A stretch of DNA of 64,000 nucleotides, from NCBI GenBank assembly GCA_019745565.1, contig JAIESW010000053.1, positions 2,024-66,023 of the forward strand, given 5' to 3'. The position numbers and the translations under genes were made by a program. The notes below the pieces were generated by a model. That model did not search any database and was not told where the DNA came from. It saw nothing but the letters and a program-made list of their open reading frames with translations. Below, piece by piece: positions 45,459 through 55,259 of the stretch. How positions within the stretch are numbered: position 1 is the stretch's first letter; each line of letters starts with the position of its first letter. The stretch comes from Burkholderiales bacterium (lineage in GTDB: Bacteria; Pseudomonadota; Gammaproteobacteria; Burkholderiales; Ga0077523).

Positions 45459-46064
45459 CTACTTCCCTGGCCCGTGCGCTACCTGTCGACCGGTGCGCAG
45501 GTCGTAGGCGAATTCCTCGACCTTGTCGCCGGCTGCGATCAGAACGACGAGCACGCCACGCCCGTCTTCCACCGCCGGGATGGCGGAAAACACGCGACCC
45601 TTGTGTTCCTTCTGCGCCGTCCCGATCAACTGCGCGAGCGGCATCCGCGTCTGCGACATCAGGGTGAGATGCTCGGAAGCCCGGGCCACGTGCGGAATGT
45701 CCTTGAAGACCTCGGCCTCGGGTTTCCAGGGGAGCTGCCGCGGATCGCCCGCGAACTCCTTCAGCACATTGTGCTCGGCGTCAACCGCCAGCCCTTTCTC
45801 GGCGGTATAGACGGAAAGCGAGAGCTGCTTGTCGTCGTTCAGTTCGAACTTGGCCGAGACCGCCGACTCCTCGCCCTTGGCGAGTTGCCTGACGCCGTCG
45901 GCCAGCGAGAGCCTGCTTTGTTCGAGTGCCGGCAGCAGTGCGGCGACCTCGGCGTCGTCGTAGCTTTTGGCTGTCGCGCTGCCGATTGCGAGCAGGGACA
46001 CGGCGATGGACGCAATGGCAATGCCGACACGGAGCGGTCGGTGAAACGGATTCTGTCGGATCAT
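45459..46064 (-). CDS. Secreted/anchored protein with two PepSY-like halves
   Basis: Start MIRQNPFHRPLRVGIAIASIAVSLLAIGSATA after GGAGAG. The family call is tentative. Confidence 0.5.
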   Translation of the reverse strand: MIRQNPFHRPLRVGIAIASIAVSLLAIGSATAKSYDDAEVAALLPALEQSRLSLADGVRQLAKGEESAVSAKFELNDDKQLSLSVYTAEKGLAVDAEHNVLKEFAGDPRQLPWKPEAEVFKDIPHVARASEHLTLMSQTRMPLAQLIGTAQKEHKGRVFSAIPAVEDGRGVLVVLIAAGDKVEEFAYDLRTGRQVAHGPGK

Positions 46065-46206
46065 GAATCTCTCCTGAAAAGAACACATCGACAAGAGTCG
46101 CAGGGCGGGACACTTCTATTGGTGCCCATCCGACTGTGACGTAGGTTGCAGGGCGTGCATCGACCAGTGGTCGGGCATCGCCGTTGCAGATGAGCGCGGT
46201 GCGCGT

Positions 46207-47535
46207 TCATTGAACGAACCACTGCAGGGACAGGCCGATGGCGCCGAACGCGCCGATCAACGGGACGACGCCGATGCGGAAGCGGAACAGCGCAACCGCC
46301 GCGACGACGAAGAGCGCGATCGCTATCCAGTCCGCCGGTTGTCCGGCACCTGCCGGAAGAAACACGTGCTCGCCGAAGACGATGGCCAGGTTGACGATCA
46401 CGCCCACCACGGCTGCCGTGATCGCGGTCAGGGGGGCTTTCCATCGAGGCGTGCGATGCGTCGATTCGATCACCGGACCGCCGGTCAGGATGAAGATGAA
46501 CGACGGCAGGAACGTGAAGTACGTGGCTACGCTGGCGCCCGCAATTGCCGCCCCTAGCGTGAAGGTGGTGTCGGCCTGGTTCCACCCGCCGACGAACCCG
46601 ACGAAGGTCACGATCATGATCAGCGGTCCGGGCGTGGTTTCGCCGAGCGCCAGACCGTCGATCATCTGCGCTGCCGTCAGCCAATGAAACTGCGAGACGG
46701 CGCCTTGATAGACGTACGGCAGTACCGCATAGGCGCCACCGAAGGTCAGCAAGGCGGCTTTGGTGAAGAACCACCCCATGCGCATCGGTGTGCCGGCCCA
46801 TCCGACGGAGGCGGCGATCAGGACGAGCGGGAGCGCCCACAACAGAAGACCGGTCCCGATCGTGATGGCGAGCCGGCGCGAGGAATACGAGGCGTGCGCG
46901 GGCGTAGGGGTGTCGTCATCGATCACCGCGCCACCCGCGGCGGCAGTGCCCTTCCGGTGTTGATCCGTGGGATTCGCTGTCAGCCGTCCGCCGGCCAACG
47001 CCCCGATCGCGGCGGCGCCGAGGATGATCAACGGGAACGGCACGCCCAGCAGCGCGATCGCCGAGAAGGCAGCCACCGCGATTCCCCAGGACCATGGGTT
47101 CTTGAGTGCCCGGGTGCCGATCCGCCATGCGGCGTGCAGAACGATCGCAACGACGGCGGGCTTGATGCCGTGGAGTATCCCGGCGACCCACGGCAGGTCC
47201 CCGAACCGCACGTACACCCACGAGAGGATGATCAGCAACACGAACGAAGGCAGCACGAACAAGGCGCCCGCCACGATCCCACCCCACGTGCGGTGCATCA
47301 GCCAGCCGATATAGGTCGCGAGTTGCTGCGCTTCCGGTCCCGGCAGGAGCATGCAGTAGTTCAGCGCGTGCAGAAAGCGACCCTCCGAGATCCAGCGCCG
47401 CTGCTCCACGAGTTCGCGATGCATGATCGCGATCTGGCCTGCGGGGCCACCGAAGCTGATGAAGCCGAGTTTCAGCCAGAACCGGAACGCCTCGTCGAAG
47501 GTGATGGTGTGCCGCATCGGCCCGCCGGAGGTCAT
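46207..47535 (-). CDS. chrA: Chromate ion transporter ChrA
   Basis: 442 aa, duplicated CHR domains. FISFGGPAGQIAIMHRELV and LTFGGAYAVLPYV motifs. Confidence 0.9.
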   Translation of the reverse strand: MTSGGPMRHTITFDEAFRFWLKLGFISFGGPAGQIAIMHRELVEQRRWISEGRFLHALNYCMLLPGPEAQQLATYIGWLMHRTWGGIVAGALFVLPSFVLLIILSWVYVRFGDLPWVAGILHGIKPAVVAIVLHAAWRIGTRALKNPWSWGIAVAAFSAIALLGVPFPLIILGAAAIGALAGGRLTANPTDQHRKGTAAAGGAVIDDDTPTPAHASYSSRRLAITIGTGLLLWALPLVLIAASVGWAGTPMRMGWFFTKAALLTFGGAYAVLPYVYQGAVSQFHWLTAAQMIDGLALGETTPGPLIMIVTFVGFVGGWNQADTTFTLGAAIAGASVATYFTFLPSFIFILTGGPVIESTHRTPRWKAPLTAITAAVVGVIVNLAIVFGEHVFLPAGAGQPADWIAIALFVVAAVALFRFRIGVVPLIGAFGAIGLSLQWFVQ

Positions 47536-48488
47536 TGCGACGTCTCCTCGGTCTTGAAGGCTTCGTAGAAGCCGTCGAGGAGCATGCGTGCCTGGGTCAG
47601 CAACTGATCGTCGTCTTCGCAGATGCGCTGGAGGCCCAAGATCAGCCGTTCCAGACCGGCAGCTTCCGGCACCGGGGCACCGCCCACATCCAGGAAGTGC
47701 ACGATGGCCGCGATGCGGCGCAGCGGCACATCCTCGTCGAGCCCGAAGCTGGCAGCGAGCACTTCGAACGTGACCAGGTCACCGACGTGAGAGAACTCGG
47801 CACCGTCGAAGTCGAAGCCGATCGCGTCGCGCGGGCAATCTTTCGGCTTCGCGAGCCAGACGAAGCGGGCCCGTGGATCGATGAAGCGCTTGATGAGCCA
47901 GGCGCTCGCGATCCGATCGACCCAGGGGCGGCGGCGTGTCGCCCACGTGCGCCGCTGATAGTCGGCGGGGTCCAGCCGGGCCACGGACCGCTGCTGGGGA
48001 TGGGGTTCGCCAGGCGACAACCGCTCCGTGACGGTCGCCTCCAGCCGGGTCATCGCCAGCGCGGTTCCAGTCGAAGCGTCGCTGGGGAAGAAGTCGATGG
48101 CCTGCAGGGCATCCAGGCGCGAGCGCAGAGATTTCATCCGCTTGCGCAGGTCGGCCTCGCCGAGCTTCTTCACGCGCGCGTGAACCGTCGCGATTTCTTT
48201 GGCGAGGTCCGCGAACTCAGGTGACCGGTCGAACATGGCCGCGAACTGCGCCGCCTGGTCGTCGGTCGAGGCCGCAATCTGCAGCACGTGAGCCTGACCA
48301 CCCGCCCCGATCACGTCGTCGGCGAGCGCAGCCAGGGAGCTATCGGCGCCTGCCGAATCCGGCAACAGGTAGACGCCATCCCGCAGTACGCCGCAGCCGA
48401 GCCCCTTGATGGCGCGCCACAAGCGCATGCGGGCCGTGCTGTTGGCAGTCGGCATGGTCACCACGAGGATGCGCCAGACTGGGTTCAT
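47532..48488 (-). CDS. chrB: Chromate resistance regulator/accessory protein ChrB (full length)
   Basis: N-terminal ARMRLWRAIKGLGCGVLRDGVYLLP plus the C-terminal Chrome_Resist part. 4-bp overlap with chrA. Confidence 0.85.
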   Translation of the reverse strand: MNPVWRILVVTMPTANSTARMRLWRAIKGLGCGVLRDGVYLLPDSAGADSSLAALADDVIGAGGQAHVLQIAASTDDQAAQFAAMFDRSPEFADLAKEIATVHARVKKLGEADLRKRMKSLRSRLDALQAIDFFPSDASTGTALAMTRLEATVTERLSPGEPHPQQRSVARLDPADYQRRTWATRRRPWVDRIASAWLIKRFIDPRARFVWLAKPKDCPRDAIGFDFDGAEFSHVGDLVTFEVLAASFGLDEDVPLRRIAAIVHFLDVGGAPVPEAAGLERLILGLQRICEDDDQLLTQARMLLDGFYEAFKTEETSQ

Positions 48489-48533
48489 ATTGAGTAATAT
48501 ATTAAACGAGTATGTAGAGCATATAACATCAAA

Positions 48534-49301
48534 ATGGTTCCGCCGGATTCCGCGACGCGCTTCGGTCGGCTTTGTCTGCGAGCGACCTCAGGCTTCGTCA
48601 CGTTCCTGGTCGCAGGTTTGGCACGGGCAGGGCCGCCCTTCCTGTCGAACGATCCGGATCCACCGGAACGCGGCCAATGGGAGGTGATTCTTCCCTCCAC
48701 GCTCAGTCGGGCGAGCGACGGAAGCGCGAGCGGCGAGTGGACCACGCTGGACTTCAACTACGGCTACAACGACCGAACGCAGCTGAGTGCCGGCTTGCCG
48801 GTTCCGTTCGCTCGAGATGCGGGTCAGCCGCGTCGCAGCGGCGTTGGCGATGCGTTCCTCGAGTACAAGCGGCGCTTCGGCGTCGAGCCGCAACGCGGGT
48901 ACTTCGGCATCGACCCGGAGGTTGCCTTTCCGACAGGGGATCCGGATCGGGGTCTGGGTGCAGGCAAGGTGACTGCGGATCTTCCGCTGCTCTATCAGCG
49001 GCGCTGGGGTGCATGGACGGCGTACGCCGACACGCGCTACAAGTGGCGAAGAGGGGAGGACGGCCGGAGCTACTGGTTCTACGGTGCGGTACTGGAGCGC
49101 CGCATCCAGGATCGTGCCGAGATCGGCGTCGAGCTGTACGGCAACTCGAGTCGACGCGAGGGGGAAGGTCCCACGGCCGGATTCGATCTCGGGTTTCGCT
49201 ATTCGTTGTCGCGAAGCGTCAGACTCATCGGGGCCGTCGGGCGGAGCTATGGCGGCGACCGTGCCACCAATGTCCTGGCGGGACTGAAGGTCTATTTCTA
49301 G
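48534..49301 (+). CDS. Putative outer-membrane beta-barrel protein (MetA/phenol-degradation-like transporter family)
   Basis: Alternating-residue strands, terminal ...LAGLKVYF. The family call is tentative. Confidence 0.55.
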   Translation: MVPPDSATRFGRLCLRATSGFVTFLVAGLARAGPPFLSNDPDPPERGQWEVILPSTLSRASDGSASGEWTTLDFNYGYNDRTQLSAGLPVPFARDAGQPRRSGVGDAFLEYKRRFGVEPQRGYFGIDPEVAFPTGDPDRGLGAGKVTADLPLLYQRRWGAWTAYADTRYKWRRGEDGRSYWFYGAVLERRIQDRAEIGVELYGNSSRREGEGPTAGFDLGFRYSLSRSVRLIGAVGRSYGGDRATNVLAGLKVYF

Positions 49302-49493
49302 GGAATCCGGTACGGCTCTTTGCGGACTGAACGCACACGTTTCCGGTTCGGTGCATGGGCGTGCAGCAACCCCGTGAAAGAGGCACCATACGCGTCGGCT
49401 GCCGGGAGTCATGATGCGGCCGGACTTTGATCGGCCGTCGCGGTCGCTCGAGATCAATGCCGCTGCAGTGCGGCAAATCCTGGAGGGGGTGTC

Positions 49494-51116
49494 ATGCAGT
49501 CGACCATGATGAAAGTGCCGCTCAATCTCACGCACTTTCTCGAGCGCGCAGGCAAGCTGTTCGGGTCCGTCGAAATCGTCTCGCGCATGCCGGACAAGTC
49601 GCTGCACCGGAGCACCTACGGCGAGTTCTACCGTCGTTCGCGGCTCCTCGCCGAAGCGCTGCAGAAGGCCGGCCTGAAGAAGGGCGAGCGCGTGGCCACG
49701 CTCATGTGGAACCACTACGCCCACTTCGAAGCCTACTTCGGCGTGATCGCCTCGGGCGGGGTGATGCACACGCTCAACCTGCGGCTCGTACCCGACGACA
49801 TCGGCTTCATCGCGAACCACGCCGAGGACCGCTTCATCATCGTGGACGACGTGCTGCTGCCGCTGTTCGAGCAGTTCAAGGCGCAGACGAAGATCGAGAA
49901 GGTCATCGTCGTATCGCTCACGGGCAAGCCGGTGCCGGCCGGCTGCGTCGACTACGAAGCGTTCCTGAAGACCGCCACCGGCGACTGGGACTATCCCGAG
50001 ATGCACGAGGACGATCCCATCGCCATGTGCTACACCTCGGGCACCACGGGACGGCCGAAGGGCGTGGTGTACTCGCATCGTTCGCAGGTGCTGCACACGC
50101 TGGTGCAGGTGATTCCCGATTCCATCGGCATTTCCGGTCGCGACGTCATCCTGCCGATCGTTCCCATGTTCCACGCGAACGCGTGGGGGGTTCCGTATGC
50201 GGCGGCGATGCTCGGGACCAAGCTGGTGTTCCCCGGGCCGCACCTGCATCCGGACGATCTGCTGCCGCTGCTGGAAGGCGAGAAGGTCACCATCAGCTGC
50301 GGCGTGCCCACCATCTGGCTCGGCATGGTGCAGATCCTGGAGAAGAACCCGGGCCGCTGGAAGTTCCAGCCGGGACTGCGCCTCACCGTGGGAGGCTCCG
50401 CGGTGCCGGAGTCGCTCATCCGCGCGTATGCAAGGCAGGGCATCGAGATCATCCAGGGCTGGGGCATGACCGAGACCTCGCCGCTCGCGACCATCGCCAA
50501 GGTTACACAGACGCAGGGCGAGGTGTCCGAGGACGAGCGCTTCGCGACCCACGCCACCCAGGGCTATCCGTTGCCGCTGGTGGATCTGCGCATCCTGGGC
50601 GATGAAGGCGAGCAGCCTTGGGACGGCAAGGCCGTCGGCGAGATCCAGGTGCACGGGCCCTGGATCACCGGCAGCTATCACAACCTGCCTGCGTCCCAGG
50701 ACAGCTTCACCGAAGACGGTTGGTTGCGCACCGGCGACGTGGCGGCGATCACTCCGCTCGGCTTCGTGAAGATCACCGACCGCACCAAGGACCTCATCAA
50801 GTCGGGCGGCGAGTGGATCAGTTCGGTGGATCTCGAGAATGCGATCATGGGGCATCCGGCGGTGGCGGAGGCAGCGGTCATCGCCGTACCGCATCCGAAA
50901 TGGGCCGAGCGGCCGCTCGCGGTCATCGTGTTCAAGAAGGACGCGAAGGCGACGCAGGACGAGCTGAGGCAGTACCTGTCGGGCAAGTTCGCGAAATGGG
51001 CAGTACCAGACGCCTACGCATTCGTCGAAGCGATTCCACGCACATCCACCGGGAAGTTCCTGAAGACCAAGCTGCGCGAACAGTTCCGCGACTGGAAGTG
51101 GGCCGAGGCCGGCTGA
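49494..51116 (+). CDS. Long-chain/medium-chain fatty acid-CoA ligase
   Basis: [15 protein letters not shown]-binding motif and GWLRTGD. 540 aa. Confidence 0.9.
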   Translation: MQSTMMKVPLNLTHFLERAGKLFGSVEIVSRMPDKSLHRSTYGEFYRRSRLLAEALQKAGLKKGERVATLMWNHYAHFEAYFGVIASGGVMHTLNLRLVPDDIGFIANHAEDRFIIVDDVLLPLFEQFKAQTKIEKVIVVSLTGKPVPAGCVDYEAFLKTATGDWDYPEMHEDDPIAMCYTSGTTGRPKGVVYSHRSQVLHTLVQVIPDSIGISGRDVILPIVPMFHANAWGVPYAAAMLGTKLVFPGPHLHPDDLLPLLEGEKVTISCGVPTIWLGMVQILEKNPGRWKFQPGLRLTVGGSAVPESLIRAYARQGIEIIQGWGMTETSPLATIAKVTQTQGEVSEDERFATHATQGYPLPLVDLRILGDEGEQPWDGKAVGEIQVHGPWITGSYHNLPASQDSFTEDGWLRTGDVAAITPLGFVKITDRTKDLIKSGGEWISSVDLENAIMGHPAVAEAAVIAVPHPKWAERPLAVIVFKKDAKATQDELRQYLSGKFAKWAVPDAYAFVEAIPRTSTGKFLKTKLREQFRDWKWAEAG

Positions 51117-51154
51117 GGTAACAGGAACAGTCACTCACCGCGGGTGGAGCGTTC

Positions 51155-52552
51155 ATGAAGCAGTCGGTTGACGTCACTTTGCTACCGATGGCCGGCGGCT
51201 TGCGCGTCTGTGTTCCGGACCAGCTGAGTGAGATCACTCGTTTCGTGCTCGAAGAGCAGGAGGACTGGTTCGAACCGGAGCGAGCCTTTCTCGCCCGTGT
51301 TCTGCTGCCCGGCGACGGTGCCATCGATGCCGGTGCGAACTACGGCGTGTATGCGCTGACGTTTGCGGATGCGGTCGGTCCGCAAGGCAGGGTGCGCGCC
51401 TTCGAGCCCGCCCCCCCAGTGGCCGATTGCCTGGAGATCAGTGTCTCGGCGAACGACTTCGCGGGGCGCATCGACGTCGTGCGCTGCGCGGTGAGCGACC
51501 GGATCGGTGAAGCGGAGTTCCGGCTGGGAGGAACCGGCGAACTCGGTTCGCTGCATGACAAGGAGGGAACCAGCAACGCCACCGTGCGTGTGGCGCTGAC
51601 CACCCTCGACGAGTCCGGAGACCTGGGCGCCGCGTCCCGGCTCGCCGTCCTCAAGATCGATGTCGAAGGCGAGGAAGAGGCTGTGCTTCGAGGAGCCTCG
51701 AAACTGATCGCTCGCGATGATCCGCTGGTGATGTTCGAATGGAATGCCGGCCCGCAGACGTACAACGTCGGCGCGGTCGCTGAAGCGTACCGGCAAGGAC
51801 TGTCCCTCTATCGGCTGCTCGTTTCCATGGGGACATTGATCCCGGTCCCGGTTGCGACGCCGGACACCATCGACTTCTTCACGCTGAATCTGTTCGCGTC
51901 GTCGCGCAGCTGTTCCGGGCGTCTGGCGGCTCGCGGTCTGCTCGTCGAGTCGTTGCCGTCGACCGTCTCGGCCGGCTCTGCTGCGGCGTTCGAGGCGAGA
52001 ATGGAGATGCTTCCCTATGCGTTGCGGCTGCTGCCCGCCTGGGATGGTGATTTCGCGACGACGCGCACCGCGGATGGTGCAGCCTCGATGGAGGCCATGC
52101 GGTTGCACGCCGAGGCCTTCGATGCGGGGAGGACGCTGGAGGAGCGTGTAGGAAAGCTGCGTGCCGCCGCCGAGATCATCAAGGGCCGGCAGTGGAATGG
52201 CACCCGGTTGTCCACGGCGGCCCGGATCCTCGCAGATTTCGGCGAACGGAAGGCGGCGTATCAAGCCCTTCAGCGACTCGTCGACGAAGTCTCCCGCGTG
52301 GGCGGTGCATTCGCGTTCGACGAACCGTTCCTCGCTCCCGGGGCGAACTTCGATCGGATCGATCCGGAGAACCGGTGGGCCGACTGGCTGCTGGGCGGCG
52401 CAACGGACTGCCTGGTCAAGCTTCGCAACTTCAGCTCGTTTTTCGGCGGCGCGGACGATCTTCGTCTCCTGCAGGCAGTGCAGTCGCTCGGGTTCGCCGA
52501 TGCGGAGATCGATCGACGTACCATGTTGCTGCGAAGAGCGCTCGGTCTGTAG
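51155..52552 (+). CDS. FkbM-family methyltransferase with about 260-aa uncharacterised C-terminal region
   Basis: IDAGANYGVYAL...VRAFEPAP...LKIDVEGEEEAVLRG core in the first ~200 aa. The remainder is Ala/Leu-rich and I do not recognise it. Confidence 0.7.
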   Translation: MKQSVDVTLLPMAGGLRVCVPDQLSEITRFVLEEQEDWFEPERAFLARVLLPGDGAIDAGANYGVYALTFADAVGPQGRVRAFEPAPPVADCLEISVSANDFAGRIDVVRCAVSDRIGEAEFRLGGTGELGSLHDKEGTSNATVRVALTTLDESGDLGAASRLAVLKIDVEGEEEAVLRGASKLIARDDPLVMFEWNAGPQTYNVGAVAEAYRQGLSLYRLLVSMGTLIPVPVATPDTIDFFTLNLFASSRSCSGRLAARGLLVESLPSTVSAGSAAAFEARMEMLPYALRLLPAWDGDFATTRTADGAASMEAMRLHAEAFDAGRTLEERVGKLRAAAEIIKGRQWNGTRLSTAARILADFGERKAAYQALQRLVDEVSRVGGAFAFDEPFLAPGANFDRIDPENRWADWLLGGATDCLVKLRNFSSFFGGADDLRLLQAVQSLGFADAEIDRRTMLLRRALGL

Positions 52553-52637
52553 TGGCCGCCCGGGGCGTTCCTCCACTTCCACCACGCCGGCAATTCGGCG
52601 TCCGCGTGATTGACAGCCCGCGCGACGGGATCGACCG

Positions 52638-53774
52638 ATGAATTTTCTGATGACCGAAGAGCGCAAGCTCATCCAGAATCTCGCGCGCGAGTTCGCGCGC
52701 AACGAGATCGCACCGATCGCGGCCCGCTGCGACCAGGAAGCGCGTTTTCCCATGGAGGTGTTCCACAAGCTGCGCGACGTGGGGCTGGTGAACCTGACGG
52801 TGCCCGAGGCCTACGGTGGTCCGGGACTCGGCAGTCTCGAAGTCGCGCTGGTCACCGAGCAACTCGGGTGGGGGTGTGCCGGCATCACCGGTGCCATCGG
52901 CATCAACACGATCGTGGCCGACGTGTTCCACTCCGCCGGGACCGAGGCTCAGAGGAAGCTCGTCTTCGGCCGGTTGCTGGAAGGGCAATGGGGCGCCTAC
53001 GCCGTCACGGAGCCGAGCGCCGGCTCCGACGTGGCCGGCATCAAGACCCGGGCGGAGAGGCGCGGCGATCGCTACGTGATCAACGGGTCCAAGATCTGGA
53101 TCTCGAACGCACCGCTCGCGCAGTTCTTCATCGTCTTCGCGAAGACCGACGCCGCTGCCGGGCATCGTGGCGTCAGCGCGTTCCTCGTGGACCGCGATGC
53201 GGCCGGCGTGTCGCTGGGCAAGTCGCTGGGCAAGCTGGGTCAGCGCGCCGCGCCCGCCGGCGAAGTGTTCTTCAACGACGTCGAGGTGTCCGCCGACCGG
53301 CTGATCGGCGACGAAGGCCACGGGTTCATGATCGCAATGAAGGTCTTTGACCGGTCGCGACCCATGGTGGGTGCGCTGGCCCTGTCGCTGGCGACGCGCT
53401 GCCTCGACGAAGCGGTGGCCTACGCCTGCGAGCGGCACACCATGGGCAAGCCGATCATCGAACACCAGGCCATCGGCCACAAGCTCGCCGACATGGGCGT
53501 GCGTGTGGAGGCGTCGCGGCTGCTCGTCTATCAGGCGGCCGGATTGCTGGATGCCGGACAGCCGAATACGCTGCAGGCCGCCTACGCGAAACTGTTCGCG
53601 GCCGACAGTGCGATGTTCTGCGCGACCGAGGCAGTGCAGGTGTTCGGGGGCATGGGATACAGTACCGAGTATCCGGTGGAGAAACTGTTCCGCGATGCGA
53701 AGGTGCTGCAGATCTACGAGGGAACGAGCGAGATCCAGAAGTCGATCATCGCCCGGGAGTTGGCTCGGCGGTGA
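52638..53774 (+). CDS. Acyl-CoA dehydrogenase
   Basis: 378 aa with AVTEPSAGSDVAG and QIYEGTSEIQ motifs. Confidence 0.92.
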   Translation: MNFLMTEERKLIQNLAREFARNEIAPIAARCDQEARFPMEVFHKLRDVGLVNLTVPEAYGGPGLGSLEVALVTEQLGWGCAGITGAIGINTIVADVFHSAGTEAQRKLVFGRLLEGQWGAYAVTEPSAGSDVAGIKTRAERRGDRYVINGSKIWISNAPLAQFFIVFAKTDAAAGHRGVSAFLVDRDAAGVSLGKSLGKLGQRAAPAGEVFFNDVEVSADRLIGDEGHGFMIAMKVFDRSRPMVGALALSLATRCLDEAVAYACERHTMGKPIIEHQAIGHKLADMGVRVEASRLLVYQAAGLLDAGQPNTLQAAYAKLFAADSAMFCATEAVQVFGGMGYSTEYPVEKLFRDAKVLQIYEGTSEIQKSIIARELARR

Positions 53775-53783
53775 GAAGAGTCA

Positions 53784-53909
53784 AAAGCGTGAAACACGAA
53801 GGACACGAAGAGCACGAAGAACACGAAGGTAAATGAAGGAGGGTTTCAGTCGCCTCGCTTCGTTTTGCTTCGTGTTCTTCGTGCTCTTCATGTACTTCGT
53901 GTCGAAAGC
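53784..53909. repeat. CACGAAG tandem-9-mer inverted repeat (copy C2)
   Basis: Left core acacgaagagcacgaagaacacgaag at 53803-53828. Right core cttcgtgttcttcgtgctcttcatgt at 53868-53893 is its reverse complement with one mismatch. Confidence 0.8.
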
Positions 53910-53937
53910 TGTTCGATCTTTACTCTAGAGGTGAGCA

Positions 53938-55113
53938 ATGCCGGAAGCCGTCATTCTCGAAGCCGTCCGCACCCCCTTCGGCCGCCGCGGCGGCGCGCTC
54001 CGTGAGGTCCGACCGGACAGCCTCCTTGCACACACACTGAAGGCGCTGGTGGACCGCGCCGGCATCGACCCCGACAAGATCGAGGACGTCGTCAACGGCA
54101 CGGTCACGCTCGCCGGCGAGCAGGCGGCGAATCCCGGGCGTCTCGGCGTTCTGCTGGCCGGCTTTCCGGTCAAGATTCCCGGCGTGTCCCTGAACCGCAT
54201 GTGCGGTTCGAGCCAGCAGGCAGTGCACTTTGCGGCGCAGGCGGTCGCATCGGGCGACATGGATTACGTCATCGCCTCCGGTGTCGAGAGCATGACCCGC
54301 GCGCCCATGTTCCTCGACATCAGCCTCGGTCGCGAAGGCGTGAGCGGTTTCGACACGCTCAATCCGGAGCTCTTCGAGAAGCACGAACTCATTCACCAGG
54401 GTGAGAGTGCCGAACGGGTCGCGGAGAAGTGGGGCATCAGCCGTCGTGACGTGGATGAATTCGCCAAGGCGAGCCACCGCAAGGCCTATGCAGCGCAGCG
54501 GGCGGGCTTGAACCGTGAACTGGTCGCGATCGAAGGCGTCAGTCCGGAAGCTCGATCCATGACGCTCGAGATCGACGAGGGCGTGCGCGGCGTCATCGAT
54601 GAAGAGAAGATGCGCACGCTGAAGACGGTGTTTCGACCCGCCGGCAACGGCGTGGTCACCGCCGGCAACGCGAGCCAGATCTCCGACGGGGCATCTGCAG
54701 TCCTGGTGGGCAACCGCGAGCGCGCGGCCGCGGACGGCTTCAAGCCGCGGGCGCGCTTCCGGGCACGCGTGGTGGTCGGATCCGATCCGATGCTGCAACT
54801 GACCGGCGTCATTCCCGCCACCCAGCTCGCGCTCAAGAAGGCCGGCCTTACGCTTCAGGACATCGACTGGTTCGAGATCAACGAGGCGTTCGCATCCGTC
54901 GTGCTGTCGTGGGCGGCGGAACTCGGTGTCGATCTCGACAAGGTCAATCAATGGGGTGGCGCGATCGCCCACGGTCATCCGCTGGGAGCGACCGGCGGCG
55001 GCCTGATGGCGAAGATGCTGAGCGGCCTCGAGAAGACCGGCGGTCAGTTCGGACTGCAGACCATGTGCATCGGGCACGGTCAGGCGACCTGCACGATCGT
55101 GGAGCGGGTGTAG
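53938..55113 (+). CDS. Acetyl-CoA C-acyltransferase (thiolase)
   Basis: [11 protein letters not shown] active-site Cys and a C-terminal MCIGHGQA motif. Confidence 0.92.
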   Translation: MPEAVILEAVRTPFGRRGGALREVRPDSLLAHTLKALVDRAGIDPDKIEDVVNGTVTLAGEQAANPGRLGVLLAGFPVKIPGVSLNRMCGSSQQAVHFAAQAVASGDMDYVIASGVESMTRAPMFLDISLGREGVSGFDTLNPELFEKHELIHQGESAERVAEKWGISRRDVDEFAKASHRKAYAAQRAGLNRELVAIEGVSPEARSMTLEIDEGVRGVIDEEKMRTLKTVFRPAGNGVVTAGNASQISDGASAVLVGNRERAAADGFKPRARFRARVVVGSDPMLQLTGVIPATQLALKKAGLTLQDIDWFEINEAFASVVLSWAAELGVDLDKVNQWGGAIAHGHPLGATGGGLMAKMLSGLEKTGGQFGLQTMCIGHGQATCTIVERV

Positions 55114-55133
55114 GGCAAGGACAAAAGAGAAGC

Positions 55134-55231
55134 GAAAAGCGTGAAACACGAAGGGCACGAAGGGCACGAAGGCACACGAAGAAGGCCCCCTACTTCGATC
55201 TTCCTTCGTGTTGAAAGCCTTTCGTCCTCGA
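55134..55231. repeat. CACGAAG tandem-repeat element (copy C3, right arm degenerate)
   Basis: aaagcgtgaaacacgaagggcacgaagggcacgaaggcacacgaag shares the aaagcgtgaaacacgaagg leader with C2. The opposing cttcg-rich arm is at 55191-55230. Confidence 0.7.
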
Positions 55232-55259
55232 CTTTCAGCCTACGCGACCAGACGAGCGC

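Noticed and set aside
53784-55231. Possible CRISPR array (short direct repeats), including the dispersed REP-A copies.
   Set aside because: The CACGAAG units are 9-10 nt with no spacers, and the REP-A copies are kilobases apart with genes between them. No cas genes are present.
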